DNA from: Candidatus Multivoradales bacterium
Lineage (GTDB): Bacteria; Acidobacteriota; Thermoanaerobaculia; Multivoradales; JAHEKO01
Direction: 5' to 3'
Length of the DNA: 64,000 bases
NCBI GenBank assembly: GCA_965248055.1
Contig: CBDFIJ010000004.1
Span: forward strand, 864,001 to 928,000
Shown: positions 29,273 through 39,766 of the stretch, in pieces
Layout: each line of letters starts with the position of its first letter
Numbering within the stretch: position 1 is the stretch's first letter
Notes under the pieces: generated by a model
Seen by the model: the letters and a program-made list of their open reading frames with translations, nothing else
Databases searched by the model: none
What the model was told of the DNA's origin: nothing
Translations under genes and position numbers: made by a program

Positions 29273-30578
29273 TGTCACCAATACTGCGTTTGGGTTCGAC
29301 CAAGATTTCCTGCGGCAGATGAAGACCAGAAATCCATGCGACCCGCTGATCGTCAACGATCGTCCGCAGGCGGGAGATCGCGCGTTCAACCGAACGCGGC
29401 GACCACAAATGCTGCACCTCGCCCCAACGACTGGGGCCATCTTCTCCTACCGCCCACACCAGCAACGGCACCCGCAACTCGGCCAGAAAGGACCTCGCCT
29501 CCGCAGCCGTGAAGCGATCGCCAGTGGGCGCCGTGAGGTCGCCAGGTGACTGCACCTCGGTGACCAGCACTACCCCCCGGCGCCGACTGCGTGATGCCGC
29601 CAAAAGACCCGCCACAGCCACCGCATCTGCCAGTCGTACGTCAGAGGGGTGGATCGCGTGAGGAGGACTGGTGCGGCGCAGGATCTCCACTAAGCTGCCG
29701 TCTCTACGAGTCAGATCACGGGAGTAATCAAAGAGCTGGGTGCTCTGAGCATTTGGATGACCATCGGAAGCCATCGGCCAAACAAAACGAACCCAGTCTT
29801 GATCTTCTAATACCGAGATCTCTTCAGCAAAAGCGGCTCCCCTGCCGGCCCTGCGCTCTCGGCGCTTGAGGGTTGCCACATCGAGGCGCTCACCAAACTC
29901 GCCTATGACGGCCGGATCGACCACCATGATGATCTGTGCCGGCCCGCGCTCCACAGCCAGCAATCGCGGTGATCGGCCATCAACCGACACCCCTCGAAAC
30001 GATGCCCCAACTCGGTCTGCACTGTCGTGACGAATCGGAATGGCGGTCAATTCAACGTCTTCACGAATGAGCTCTCCACCTCGCAACACGACGTCGGCGG
30101 TAGCAACCGAGAAGTCAGGAAACTCGACTTCCAAACGAACGAGTTCGATCTCCTGATCACCGGTCGGCAATGCTACCCAAGCCGGATCTTCGATTTCGAC
30201 ACCCACGCCACCCACTGTAAGGCGTAGCTCTCGAGGTTGGTGGCCGAGAACATGTGCCCAACGCAGCCGCAACGCGGCCTGGTCAGAGTCCGCCTTGACG
30301 AGTTCGATTCCCGCCTTGGCTGGCCCGCTTGGCAAGTTGATCCACTGTTCACTCTCGGCGGTTACCGTTCCTGCGCGATCCATCGCCTGTGCAACGAGAA
30401 GATGGGGACTAAGGCCTTCGCCGAAGTCGACATCAGCCTGCCACGGAGATCCCTTCAGTTCTGCCACTGGCTGATGGTCCAGGAACAGGCGAACCAGTGC
30501 GGTTGCTGCGGGCGGCTGAAGCTCCACAGTTGTTGGCCCCACGACTAGGCCTAGAAAGATGGTGACAAAGATGTTCAA
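29262..30578 (-). CDS. Acidobacterial Ig-like + degenerate VWA-like protein
   Basis: IFVTIFLGLVVG N-terminus; RLADAVAVAGL..RRRGVVLV..D..FLAELRVPLLVW. Confidence 0.65.
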   Translation of the reverse strand: MNIFVTIFLGLVVGPTTVELQPPAATALVRLFLDHQPVAELKGSPWQADVDFGEGLSPHLLVAQAMDRAGTVTAESEQWINLPSGPAKAGIELVKADSDQAALRLRWAHVLGHQPRELRLTVGGVGVEIEDPAWVALPTGDQEIELVRLEVEFPDFSVATADVVLRGGELIREDVELTAIPIRHDSADRVGASFRGVSVDGRSPRLLAVERGPAQIIMVVDPAVIGEFGERLDVATLKRRERRAGRGAAFAEEISVLEDQDWVRFVWPMASDGHPNAQSTQLFDYSRDLTRRDGSLVEILRRTSPPHAIHPSDVRLADAVAVAGLLAASRSRRRGVVLVTEVQSPGDLTAPTGDRFTAAEARSFLAELRVPLLVWAVGEDGPSRWGEVQHLWSPRSVERAISRLRTIVDDQRVAWISGLHLPQEILVEPKRSIGDSVH

Positions 30579-31681
30579 CGACGCCTATTACCCTCCGGTA
30601 AATAGAAGTAGCCAGGTCTCGCCACCACCTTCAAATTGGGATTGGCAACCTCCACTTCCACCTCGCGGAATCCTTCGTCTTGAGGCGTGTGTTGCACTTG
30701 ATAGCTGACCATGTAGTAGGCAACATTGCTCACCGCGATGTCTTCCATACGCGCTGCGAATCGCTCCACATAGGGGGCAAAGTCACCGCCAGTGTCACTG
30801 GCGATCTGCTGCAAAGTCGCGCTTTGTGAATGCTTTATTCCGGTGGGCGTGGTGTCGACTGGAAATACCGACACGTTGTTGTCATCCAACTTGGCGATCA
30901 GTTCGTCATAGCGTCGGCGGTCTGGCCACGCCATCCCTTGGCTCGTATTGTCCAAATCTCCAAAACCGGGGGAGTAGAGCACTAGGATCTTACGACCGAC
31001 GATACGGCCGGAAGCGTCTGCCAATAGCCCCAGAGCGTCATAGATGTTGGTTGAGGCTCGGATCAGCTCGCGATCACGGGGCAGCTCGGCAGATAGTTCC
31101 CATGGTGATCCGTCACCCTGTCGCCAAGGTCCAGACTTGGCGCGTTTTCCGCGCCCGGCGTTCTCGATACCAGTACGCAACGCCTCTCGATCTTGGGTGA
31201 AATCCTGCAGAATACTCAGCGAGGTCTGATAGGAAACAACCGCGATCCAATCACTCGGCCCTGGGCCGGACTCCAACCACTCCGAGAGATCGCGGCTCAT
31301 CTGCAACCTACGGCGGATTGCACCGGTGCGCTCGAACTCGGTACCCAATGGAGTGTGAACCACCAGCATGATAAAGCGGCTGTCGGGGTTGCGATCGGCA
31401 CTCCCGGTGTTGCGGGTCGAGTATCCGTTGACTCCGACCACATTCATCGGAACCCCGTTCTCGGTGACGGAGAAATCGCTCGGTGCCAGCCCGAGCACCG
31501 CATTGCCGAACCGATCGGTTACCCGTACGTCGATCGACACCTCAGTGACGTCGATTTCATCTCCAAACTCGGGTACGTTCTTGTCGGCGGCCTCTTGAGC
31601 GACTGAAACTGCACTGACGGCTAACACCGACAACAGCCAGATCGTGAGGCTAAGAATTGAACGGTTGGTTCTTATTGTCAT
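30575..31681 (-). CDS. VWFA-related Acidobacterial domain protein
   Basis: FGDEIDV..IDVRVTD..G..V.GL...DF.V.ENG, QDFT.D, GRKILV, DTGG, YYMVSY and ARPGYF motifs. Confidence 0.88.
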   Translation of the reverse strand: MTIRTNRSILSLTIWLLSVLAVSAVSVAQEAADKNVPEFGDEIDVTEVSIDVRVTDRFGNAVLGLAPSDFSVTENGVPMNVVGVNGYSTRNTGSADRNPDSRFIMLVVHTPLGTEFERTGAIRRRLQMSRDLSEWLESGPGPSDWIAVVSYQTSLSILQDFTQDREALRTGIENAGRGKRAKSGPWRQGDGSPWELSAELPRDRELIRASTNIYDALGLLADASGRIVGRKILVLYSPGFGDLDNTSQGMAWPDRRRYDELIAKLDDNNVSVFPVDTTPTGIKHSQSATLQQIASDTGGDFAPYVERFAARMEDIAVSNVAYYMVSYQVQHTPQDEGFREVEVEVANPNLKVVARPGYFYLPEGNRRR

Positions 31682-31926
31682 CGCGTCACCATTTTTACGA
31701 AACTAGAGTGAATGGGGATTGGCAGCATCAAGCCTTCGGATTCGGTAGATCTCCCGACCAGGAAGAGGGTTAGTGAGACTACTTGCCTACAGTCCTATTG
31801 TAACCACTTGTTGGGCGGAACCCTGGGTGCTCGATGACTCGGTGGCCAATCCCGGGGCGCCCTTGTTCTTCGTCAGGTGGCCGTCCAGCGTTCATCGCAG
31901 TTTCAACGTCACAAGTTTCTTTTGCA

Positions 31927-32343
31927 CTAGCAACTGACGGTTGGTGCTCGCTCGCCCTTGAGATAGCGCACCACGTCGGAGATATCGATCAGTAAGGAAA
32001 CAACATTCAGCACCAGCACAGAGACGATCCACCAACGAATCAAGGGAGAGCTCGCGGCGGGGTCGGGATACCGCAGATACAGCCACGGCAACATCACTAA
32101 CCAACCGAAGTGCCCGAGCCCTAGGAAACGGACAAATCCCAGGCGGCTAAAGAGCAACATCTGAGCTACCGCACCGAGAAGGAAAAAGCCGAGGACGACG
32201 ACCGCTTCAACTTGCGATTCCCCAGATCGAAGCAACAAAACCAGCGGCAGAATCAAATTGGCGAGCACCAACCCGCCGACCCAGATCACCCAATGTGTCG
32301 GCATGCGCAGGAGGCAGCGGATGAATAGGAACATGGACCGCAT
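31927..32343 (-). CDS. Small four-TM membrane protein
   Basis: Hydrophobic helices; GFVRFLGLGH and SLLIDISDV.RY..GER motifs. Confidence 0.65.
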   Translation of the reverse strand: MRSMFLFIRCLLRMPTHWVIWVGGLVLANLILPLVLLLRSGESQVEAVVVLGFFLLGAVAQMLLFSRLGFVRFLGLGHFGWLVMLPWLYLRYPDPAASSPLIRWWIVSVLVLNVVSLLIDISDVVRYLKGERAPTVSC

Positions 32344-32468
32344 CTAATCTCCGTTAGGTTCGCTTGATGTTCGACACGCGGCACCGAGGTTCATCAAACG
32401 CGCCATTTCTTTCGCGCCAAGAGCCATCTCCCGGTAGGATAGAATCTTTGGAACACTGGGCACTTGAG

Positions 32469-33518
32469 ATGTCATCATTTCTAATTAAATCGTACCGGAC
32501 ATGTCTTCTATTTACGACGCTAGCCTTTGTTTGGCTCACCCCAATCGTCGTTGCGCAGCCGATCGCAGATAACACTCATATCCCGAGACTGGCGGGCGGT
32601 CGTAGTCAGTTTGTTCAGCAGGGTCAGATACTTCATATTCCGAGCCCCGGAAGCGCAGCCCAGGAAGTGCTCTTATTGCCACAAATGCGGGTAAACACAG
32701 TCGCTCAGCAAGGCACGGAGACTTGGATCAGCGGACGCTCCAATGCTCAAGACCTCAATGGCCTGTTTGTCGCGTCGATTGGCGCGAACGGCCAAATTAT
32801 CGTGCTTCCGACTCCTCCAGACCGCGAACAACCCAGGGGAGCTCCAACTTTTCTTGTGGACCAGGGCAAGGTAACAGGATTGGTATGGCTTGAAGGCGAG
32901 CGTCAGGAGACTCTTAGTATCCGGGCTTCGCGATGGAACGGGACGGCTTGGAGCCCGGTGGAGGTAATTTCGCCCAGCCGCGGAAAGGAGCAAACCGGCT
33001 TGACAGCTACCGTCTTGACAGACGGCTCATGGCTTGTGGTTTGGGCGGCGGTCGACACCGACGATGATCTTTGGTGGAGCCGAAGAACGCGCCAAGGATG
33101 GAGTGAGCCGCAACGACTGCATTCGGACAATGACGTCCCAGACATCACTCCGGCCCTCATTTCGGTGCCGGGTGGAGCCCTAGCAGCGTGGAGTCAGTAC
33201 GATGGTAACGACTACCGCATCAGACTAGCCAAGCTACAACGTAGTCGATGGACGACACTTCCGCTGCGTACCGGCAAGGGCGCGGTAGAGCCCAAGTTTC
33301 TGTCTTTGGGCGACGCCATCGGGATTCTTTACAGTGAAGTCATTCCAGAGGCCTGGACCCTGGTACGCCTGAACCCTGACGGAAGTTCAGTTGGCCGCCG
33401 TTCGATCGAAACCACCCGTAGCGACAGACCTCTTATCGTCGAGACGCAGAACCGGTTCACTGCTCGTTGGCTGGAAGAGCAAAGCGAAATGCAAACCACA
33501 GCCGACCCAGAGCCATGA
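32469..33518 (+). CDS. Secreted beta-propeller-like hypothetical protein
   Basis: Signal peptide; repeated LVW..WS.P..I / LVVWAA / NDVPDITP segments. Confidence 0.65.
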   Translation: MSSFLIKSYRTCLLFTTLAFVWLTPIVVAQPIADNTHIPRLAGGRSQFVQQGQILHIPSPGSAAQEVLLLPQMRVNTVAQQGTETWISGRSNAQDLNGLFVASIGANGQIIVLPTPPDREQPRGAPTFLVDQGKVTGLVWLEGERQETLSIRASRWNGTAWSPVEVISPSRGKEQTGLTATVLTDGSWLVVWAAVDTDDDLWWSRRTRQGWSEPQRLHSDNDVPDITPALISVPGGALAAWSQYDGNDYRIRLAKLQRSRWTTLPLRTGKGAVEPKFLSLGDAIGILYSEVIPEAWTLVRLNPDGSSVGRRSIETTRSDRPLIVETQNRFTARWLEEQSEMQTTADPEP

Positions 33519-35299
33519 CTTTTCGCCGTGCATTGGCTCCGAACTCGGTCGCTTTCGCAATCGGCCTGGCCTATTTGCTGTGCCAAACACCTACCATCGG
33601 CCAGACATTCAACTACCTAGCGTTTGGCGACAGCATCACCTGCGGACGTGGGGACAGCGTTGAATGCAACTACACCAGCCCCAACCCGCTCAACCCACAG
33701 ACCGGTTACCCTGGACACCTGCGAACCAAACTCGGCTGCAATGGAACCAACTGTGAGGTTTACAACTGGGGAAAACCCGGAGAGCGAACGGCACAAGCCA
33801 AATCTCGGCTTCCCGGCATCCTGTCTGGCGGAAACTACGACGTGATGTTACTGATGGACGGAACCAATGATGTATTCGCCAACATCTCCAACACCACGAT
33901 CCAGACAAACCTGGGTTTGCTCGACGACATGGCGAGAAACTCCGGGGTCGACACAGTCCATGCATCGATCGTTCACTTTGATCCCGATAGTAGTTCCGGC
34001 AATAGCCAAGACGCAGATGTCGCTAATCTCCGAACCAAAGTTATCGCGTTAGCCAGTAGCCGCAACCGTTACTTTGCCGATCCATGGACCCCGCTGTGTG
34101 GCAGCCAAGCTTGTTTCGACGCTCATTACGTAAACCCAGCCGGAGCAGTCGGCCACCCGGACAACTCTGGGTATGCATTGCTTGCAACTGCGTTCGAGAG
34201 CGTGATCGAGCAGAATCCGGTTCCTGTAGCCCCTACCGCGCAATCGCCCAACGGAGACACTGCGTCAACAACGACCACCTGGGATAGCGTTGCCAACGCG
34301 ACCTGGTATCAGGTGCAGTGGGACGGTTCTCCCAGCAAATGGCGAGAGAGCGATGCGGCCTGCGGCGGCGGCTCCTGCAGCTACACCATTTCAGGATTAG
34401 CTCCAGGTGCCCACACCTGGAGAGTGCGCGCTCGCAACCCACTTGGGCGTAGCGGCTGGAGTGCCACCAAGAACTTCAACCTGTTCACCTCATCGCCTAA
34501 CGTACCCACGCCCATTAGCCCACAGGGAGACTTCTACACCAATCCTCCGACCGAATTCCGCTGGAGCGACGAAGCCACCGACACCAATGGCGCCTCTGGG
34601 TATCGTCTAAAGATTCTGTTTGAAGGCAATCCACTCTACGAGCAAGATGTAACTCCAGCCTGCGCCGCCAACGAATGTAGTTTCGATCCCGGCATCAGCT
34701 GGAATGAGGGGGATTACTCCTGGCAGGTACGCTCCTTCAACTTAGCAGGATCGAGCGCCTGGTCAGCAAATACTCTTTTTTCCTTTATTAACACCGTCCC
34801 CGGCGAGCCGCTACTGGTCTATCCAACGATGGATACCTTCGACACCACTCCACCCTTCCAGTGGATGGATTCGCTAGACGCTGACCAGTACCGTATCCAG
34901 GTATTTAACAACTCTGCCGTCCTGGTGATCAATGAACTTCTAACCGCCTCCACTGTTTGCACTGGAGCTACCTGCATCTACTCGCCAGCGGTGGCCTTGG
35001 CAACCGAGGCTCACACTTGGAGGGTGCGCGGGATCAATCCGGTCGGCGCAGGAGCCTTTTCGGCGACCAAGGCCTTCACCGTCCTTGCCTGTTCAAACCC
35101 CGTCGATCGCACGATCAGCAACACCACGGTCAGCGGCAGCACTTCAGAGTCCGCCTGTGAAACGCTCACCGCCGAAACCGCTTACGTTGTGGCTGGGCCA
35201 AACGGCGACTTAGAACTGCACGCAGGAATCGCAGTTATTCTGGGCAATGGATTTACGGTTGAAACAGGGGGCAGCTTAACTTGCCGCACCGACCCCTAA
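33515..35299 (+). CDS. SGNH/GDSL hydrolase with tandem Ig/FN3-like repeats
   Basis: FGDSIT, GKPGE, GTND and GHPD..GY; three repeats ending W.VR..N..G...WS/FS; short C-terminal module. Confidence 0.85.
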   Translation: MTFRRALAPNSVAFAIGLAYLLCQTPTIGQTFNYLAFGDSITCGRGDSVECNYTSPNPLNPQTGYPGHLRTKLGCNGTNCEVYNWGKPGERTAQAKSRLPGILSGGNYDVMLLMDGTNDVFANISNTTIQTNLGLLDDMARNSGVDTVHASIVHFDPDSSSGNSQDADVANLRTKVIALASSRNRYFADPWTPLCGSQACFDAHYVNPAGAVGHPDNSGYALLATAFESVIEQNPVPVAPTAQSPNGDTASTTTTWDSVANATWYQVQWDGSPSKWRESDAACGGGSCSYTISGLAPGAHTWRVRARNPLGRSGWSATKNFNLFTSSPNVPTPISPQGDFYTNPPTEFRWSDEATDTNGASGYRLKILFEGNPLYEQDVTPACAANECSFDPGISWNEGDYSWQVRSFNLAGSSAWSANTLFSFINTVPGEPLLVYPTMDTFDTTPPFQWMDSLDADQYRIQVFNNSAVLVINELLTASTVCTGATCIYSPAVALATEAHTWRVRGINPVGAGAFSATKAFTVLACSNPVDRTISNTTVSGSTSESACETLTAETAYVVAGPNGDLELHAGIAVILGNGFTVETGGSLTCRTDP

Positions 35300-35364
35300 G
35301 TCAAATCCCTTATTAACACCTCGATCCCCTCTCAAACAGTCATATCATCCGCTGCGGAGAAATC

Positions 35365-36615
35365 GTGACGGTCAATCTCAGGGATATTCAGCACGCACGT
35401 ACGCGCATTCGCGAGCACATTCGGGAAACGCCCTGCTTGCACTCCCCTATCCTCTCTGAGGAACTGAGCTCGGAGATCTACCTCAAACTGGAGAGCCACC
35501 AACTCACCGGCTCGTTCAAGACCCGCGGTGCATTCAATCGCTTGCTGACGCTGGCTGCGGACGAAACAGCGCACGGTGTGATCGCCGCGTCGGCGGGTAA
35601 CCACGCCCAAGGGATCGCCTACGCGGCAGCGCAGACCGGAAGGCAAGCACACATTGTGATGCCCGAAGCGACACCTCAGATCAAGGTCAAGAGAACCAGA
35701 TCCTACGGTGCACAAGTCGAGCTATTCGGGGCTAGCTTCGACGACGCGGTGGAACGGGCCAGCGCCATAAGTGAAGAAACAGGGGGGCTAGTGGTTTCGG
35801 CGTTCGACGATGCAGGAGTGATCGCCGGACAAGGAAGCCTGGGTTTGGAACTACTGGAGCAAGTGGCCGATCTCGAAGCAGTGGTTTTCCCGGTCGGCGG
35901 CGGCGGTTTGAGTGGAGGCAGCGCAATCGCGCTCAAGGAATCCAACCCGGCAATCAAGATTTACGGAGTGCAGACCGAGGCTTTTCCGGCAATGCACGCA
36001 AGTTTTCACCAGGGGGAATTGGTTTCTTTTCCGGGGAAACCATCGATCGCCGATGGCATTGCAGTCAAACGCCCTGGCAAACTGACCTTCCCCATCCTCA
36101 AGCAGTATTTGGATGGCATGGTCCTGGTCTCGGAGTCGGAGATCGAGCACGCCGTCTTTGACCTCCTGGAGAGTGGAAAGGTGGTCGCCGAAGGAGCCGG
36201 GGCTGCCGCCTTCGCCGCCCTATGTACTGGCAAGATTCCACAACTGGTCGGTAAGAGAGTCGCAGTGGTGATTTCTGGAGGCAATATCGACCTCAACTTG
36301 CTTACCCGGATCATCGACCGCTCTTCGGTCCGTTTGGGCCGCATGGTGCGCATCGATGTCTCAATCTCCGACCGACCGGGCTCGCTGGCTCGTCTGCTCA
36401 ACGTGGTCGGCAGCGCCGAAGCCAGCGTGCTCAAAATCCGTCATCGGCGCGCCTTTGCCGAGACTGGCAGTTGGGGCACCGAGGTCGAGTTGACCCTCGA
36501 AATGCGGGGACCCGATCACGTCGAAGCGCTGATGGAGCAGCTCACTGATGCGGGCTTTGATCGAGTGCGTCGGGCGGGGGTGGCGCTGGCGTCGGGAGCG
36601 GCGGCTCCGGACTAA
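35365..36615 (+). CDS. ilvA: Threonine ammonia-lyase with ACT domain
   Basis: LTGSFKTRGA, ASAGNHAQG, VGGGGL, SGGNID and DRPGSL motifs. Confidence 0.95.
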   Translation: MTVNLRDIQHARTRIREHIRETPCLHSPILSEELSSEIYLKLESHQLTGSFKTRGAFNRLLTLAADETAHGVIAASAGNHAQGIAYAAAQTGRQAHIVMPEATPQIKVKRTRSYGAQVELFGASFDDAVERASAISEETGGLVVSAFDDAGVIAGQGSLGLELLEQVADLEAVVFPVGGGGLSGGSAIALKESNPAIKIYGVQTEAFPAMHASFHQGELVSFPGKPSIADGIAVKRPGKLTFPILKQYLDGMVLVSESEIEHAVFDLLESGKVVAEGAGAAAFAALCTGKIPQLVGKRVAVVISGGNIDLNLLTRIIDRSSVRLGRMVRIDVSISDRPGSLARLLNVVGSAEASVLKIRHRRAFAETGSWGTEVELTLEMRGPDHVEALMEQLTDAGFDRVRRAGVALASGAAAPD

Positions 36616-36708
36616 CAAGCAAACCTCGGCCTGCTTTTTCGGAAATTAGGCCCCATCCAGACCCTTCGGCTCGCAGGACTCGCTCAGGGTGATGATCTTC
36701 GCGCTAGA

Positions 36709-37272
36709 ATGCGCCCGAAGATCACCATGTTTACCCGCGAACCAGCAACCCTGCAACGAGACACGGCGGCGATCCAGATTCCCGACGGCACCTGGATCAA
36801 CTTGCCCAAAGATTCGGAAGTCGTGATCACCCAACAACTGGGGGGCAGCTACACGGTCATGACCCAGTACGGAGCTCTCTACCGCATCGACCCGGAAAAC
36901 GCCGACGCCTTGGGCAAAGAGGCGCCGAAGAAAGACCAGCAGCGAGACGACCCCAGCATTCCTTTGACCGAACGGGTTTGGGCGCAAATGGCCAAGTGTT
37001 ATGACCCAGAGATCCCTGTCAATATTGTCGAACTAGGACTGGTCTACGATGTCTGGGTGGAAGACGAGAGCGATGCCGAGAAGCGAGTTGGGGTGAAGAT
37101 GACCTTGACCGCACCGGGTTGCGGCATGGGGCCAGTCTTGGCTCAAGATGTCCGTCGCCGGGTCGAAGAAATCCCTGAGGTCACCCACGCCGACGTCGAG
37201 ATCGTCCTGGATCCACCATGGAATCAGAACATGATGAGCGAAGCCGCACGGCTGCAACTCGGGTTTCTGTAG
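36709..37272 (+). CDS. sufT: Putative Fe-S cluster assembly protein SufT
   Basis: ITQQLGGSYTV..LYRID..DALG N-terminus; CYDPEIPVNIVELGLVY..MTLTAPGCGMG..PPW..MSEAARL. Confidence 0.92.
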   Translation: MRPKITMFTREPATLQRDTAAIQIPDGTWINLPKDSEVVITQQLGGSYTVMTQYGALYRIDPENADALGKEAPKKDQQRDDPSIPLTERVWAQMAKCYDPEIPVNIVELGLVYDVWVEDESDAEKRVGVKMTLTAPGCGMGPVLAQDVRRRVEEIPEVTHADVEIVLDPPWNQNMMSEAARLQLGFL

Positions 37273-37297
37273 AGATTCTCTTTCCGAAAAAAAAGGG

Positions 37298-39763
37298 TTA
37301 ACGCCCGGTTGAAATAGGATCAAGGATCGGCGGGTAGTCCTCCGGTGCGAAATCCCGTACCAAGTTGTAGATCGCCAGCAGGATGTCTTCGCGGTTCGGC
37401 TTGGAGAAATAGTCGCCGTCGGTTCCGTAGGCCGGTCGGTGGGAAGAAGCGGAAATCGTCTTGGGCGGCGAATCCAACCACTGAAAAGCCTGCTGACGTT
37501 CCACCACCTGCTGCATCATGTAAGCGCTAGCGCCACCGGGAACATCTTCATCGACAAATACCACCCGATTGGTGCGCTCCACCGACTTGCCGATCACCCG
37601 GTGTAGATCAAAGGGAAGCAATGTGCGTACATCAATGACCTCAGCCTCGACCCCCATGGCAGCGAGATGCTCTGCGGCATCCAGCACGATCGGGCAGCAG
37701 GCACCATAGGTAACCACCGTTACGTCGGACCCCGACCGGAGAATTTCGGGAACCCCCAGGGGCACCGTGGCTTCGCTCAGGTTGTTCGGTATTCTTTCTT
37801 TGTTGCGATAGGCGTTGAGAACCTCTACCACCAGCGCCGGGTCGTCCCCCTGGAGCAAGGTGTTGTACATCCCAGCGGCCTGGGTCATGTTGCGCGGCAC
37901 GCACACCACCATGCCACGCAGGAAGTGGACCAAGCCACCCATTGGCGAACCGGAATGCCAAATTCCCTCCAGGCGATGACCGCGGGTACGAACGATCACC
38001 GGCGCCATTTGTTTGCCGCGGGTGCGCCAGCGCAAGGTCGCTAGGTCGTCGGACATGATCTGCAGCGCGTAGAGCACGTAGTCGAGATACTGAACTTCGG
38101 CAATCGGACGCAGCCCGCGCATCGCCAAGCCGATCGCTTGGCCAAGGATGGTCGCCTCGCGAATCCCGACATCGCTGACCCGGCCTACGCCGTACTTCTC
38201 CTGCAGCCCCGCCATCCCCTGGTTGACATCTCCTAGCTTGCCAACGTCTTCGCCAAAGGCCAAGACTCGGGGGTCACGCTCCAGCACTGCGTCAAAAAAA
38301 CCGCTGAGTACCTCGAAACCCTTCACCAGCGGACTGTCGGCGTCGTAGGTGGGTTCGACCACCGGCACCCGCAGCGGCGAGGACTCCGATTCGCAGTACA
38401 AATGATCTGCATAGCGGGCTAGATTTTCGTCGTGGTGCCGCTCTCGCCAGCTAAGCAATGCTTGCCGAGCCACTAGAACCTCTTCACCTCCTGAGGTCAC
38501 AGAATCGGTTCCGCTACTTGCGGTAAGAGCCAATGCCGACACAGCGGCCTGCGCCAGATCCTTGCGAATCACCACCTGCTTGCGCTCCAAACCGGCGATC
38601 AGATCTTGGATTGGCTGGTTCGGCTGGGGGACGACAAGACCGGCAAGCAGTGGAAGCAACTCGCTCCGCTCTCGATCCAGCTCGCCCTGGAATGACTCCC
38701 AGGCCGCCCGTTGAGCGCTGCGCACCGCGTCGCGGTCTTCTTCCTCCATCCGCTGTAACTCACCATCGGTGACCAGACCCCGATCCAGAATCAAACGACG
38801 CAAATGGGGCAGACAGTCGGCTTGGTGCTCCCACTCCAAGCGCTCCGCTGACTTGTAGCGCTCATGACTACCGGAAGTGGAATGGCCTTGCGGCTGAGTT
38901 AGCTCCACCACATGCACCAACGCCGGGACATGCCCTACTCGCGCATCATGAACCGCTTCTCCATAGACCTCGAGTAGGCGATCGTAGTCCCATCCGGGAA
39001 CGCGAAATATGTTGTAGCCAGATCCTTTTTCGCCCTTGGCAAATCCGGCAATGATTTCGGACAGGTTGGACTTGGTGAGTTGATATTCGTTGGGCACCGA
39101 AATGCCGTAACCATCGTCCCAGATCGAGATCACTGCCGGGACTTCCAAAACCCCTATGGCATTGACCGATTCCCAAAATACACCTTCAGCACAACTCGCG
39201 TTGCCGATACTGCCAAACGCGACTTCGTTGCCAAAACGAGAAAACTTCCCTTCCGGGTCCAGATTGGGAAACTCGCGGTAGACCTTGGATGCTTGTGCCA
39301 GACCCACTAAGCGAGGCATTTGGCTGCCGGTCGGCGATTGGTCTGCTGACGAATTAAATCGATCGGTCTGGCGCACAAACTCACCGTGCTGATCCACTAA
39401 CTCGGTGGCGAAGTGAGCGGTCATTTGGCGCCCGCCGGACCAAGGTTCTCTTACTGGGTCTGAATCTGCGTAAAGTTGCGCGAAAAACTGCTGCAGGGTG
39501 ATCGCCCCGAGCGCCAGCATCCAGGTTTGATCCCGGTAGTATCCGGAGCGAAAGTCTCCTGGCCTCACCTGCTTGGCCAGAGCAATCTGCGCCAGCTCCT
39601 TGCCGTCGCCGAAGATTCCGAACTTGGCTTTGCCGGTCAAGACCTCGCGCCGCCCCAAGAGACTCGCTTCCCGGCTGCGCACAGCAAGTCGGTAGTCTTC
39701 GACCAAACTGTCAAGCCGCGATGGATGAAACGATCTTGTCAATTCTTGGCTGCTCTCATTCAT
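37298..39763 (-). CDS. 2-oxoacid dehydrogenase E1, fused alpha/beta subunits
   Basis: GKAKFGIFGDGKE, SGYYRD, GHSTSGSH, FGEDVG and RPIAEVQY motifs. Confidence 0.93.
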   Translation of the reverse strand: MNESSQELTRSFHPSRLDSLVEDYRLAVRSREASLLGRREVLTGKAKFGIFGDGKELAQIALAKQVRPGDFRSGYYRDQTWMLALGAITLQQFFAQLYADSDPVREPWSGGRQMTAHFATELVDQHGEFVRQTDRFNSSADQSPTGSQMPRLVGLAQASKVYREFPNLDPEGKFSRFGNEVAFGSIGNASCAEGVFWESVNAIGVLEVPAVISIWDDGYGISVPNEYQLTKSNLSEIIAGFAKGEKGSGYNIFRVPGWDYDRLLEVYGEAVHDARVGHVPALVHVVELTQPQGHSTSGSHERYKSAERLEWEHQADCLPHLRRLILDRGLVTDGELQRMEEEDRDAVRSAQRAAWESFQGELDRERSELLPLLAGLVVPQPNQPIQDLIAGLERKQVVIRKDLAQAAVSALALTASSGTDSVTSGGEEVLVARQALLSWRERHHDENLARYADHLYCESESSPLRVPVVEPTYDADSPLVKGFEVLSGFFDAVLERDPRVLAFGEDVGKLGDVNQGMAGLQEKYGVGRVSDVGIREATILGQAIGLAMRGLRPIAEVQYLDYVLYALQIMSDDLATLRWRTRGKQMAPVIVRTRGHRLEGIWHSGSPMGGLVHFLRGMVVCVPRNMTQAAGMYNTLLQGDDPALVVEVLNAYRNKERIPNNLSEATVPLGVPEILRSGSDVTVVTYGACCPIVLDAAEHLAAMGVEAEVIDVRTLLPFDLHRVIGKSVERTNRVVFVDEDVPGGASAYMMQQVVERQQAFQWLDSPPKTISASSHRPAYGTDGDYFSKPNREDILLAIYNLVRDFAPEDYPPILDPISTGR

Positions 39764-39766
39764 GCT

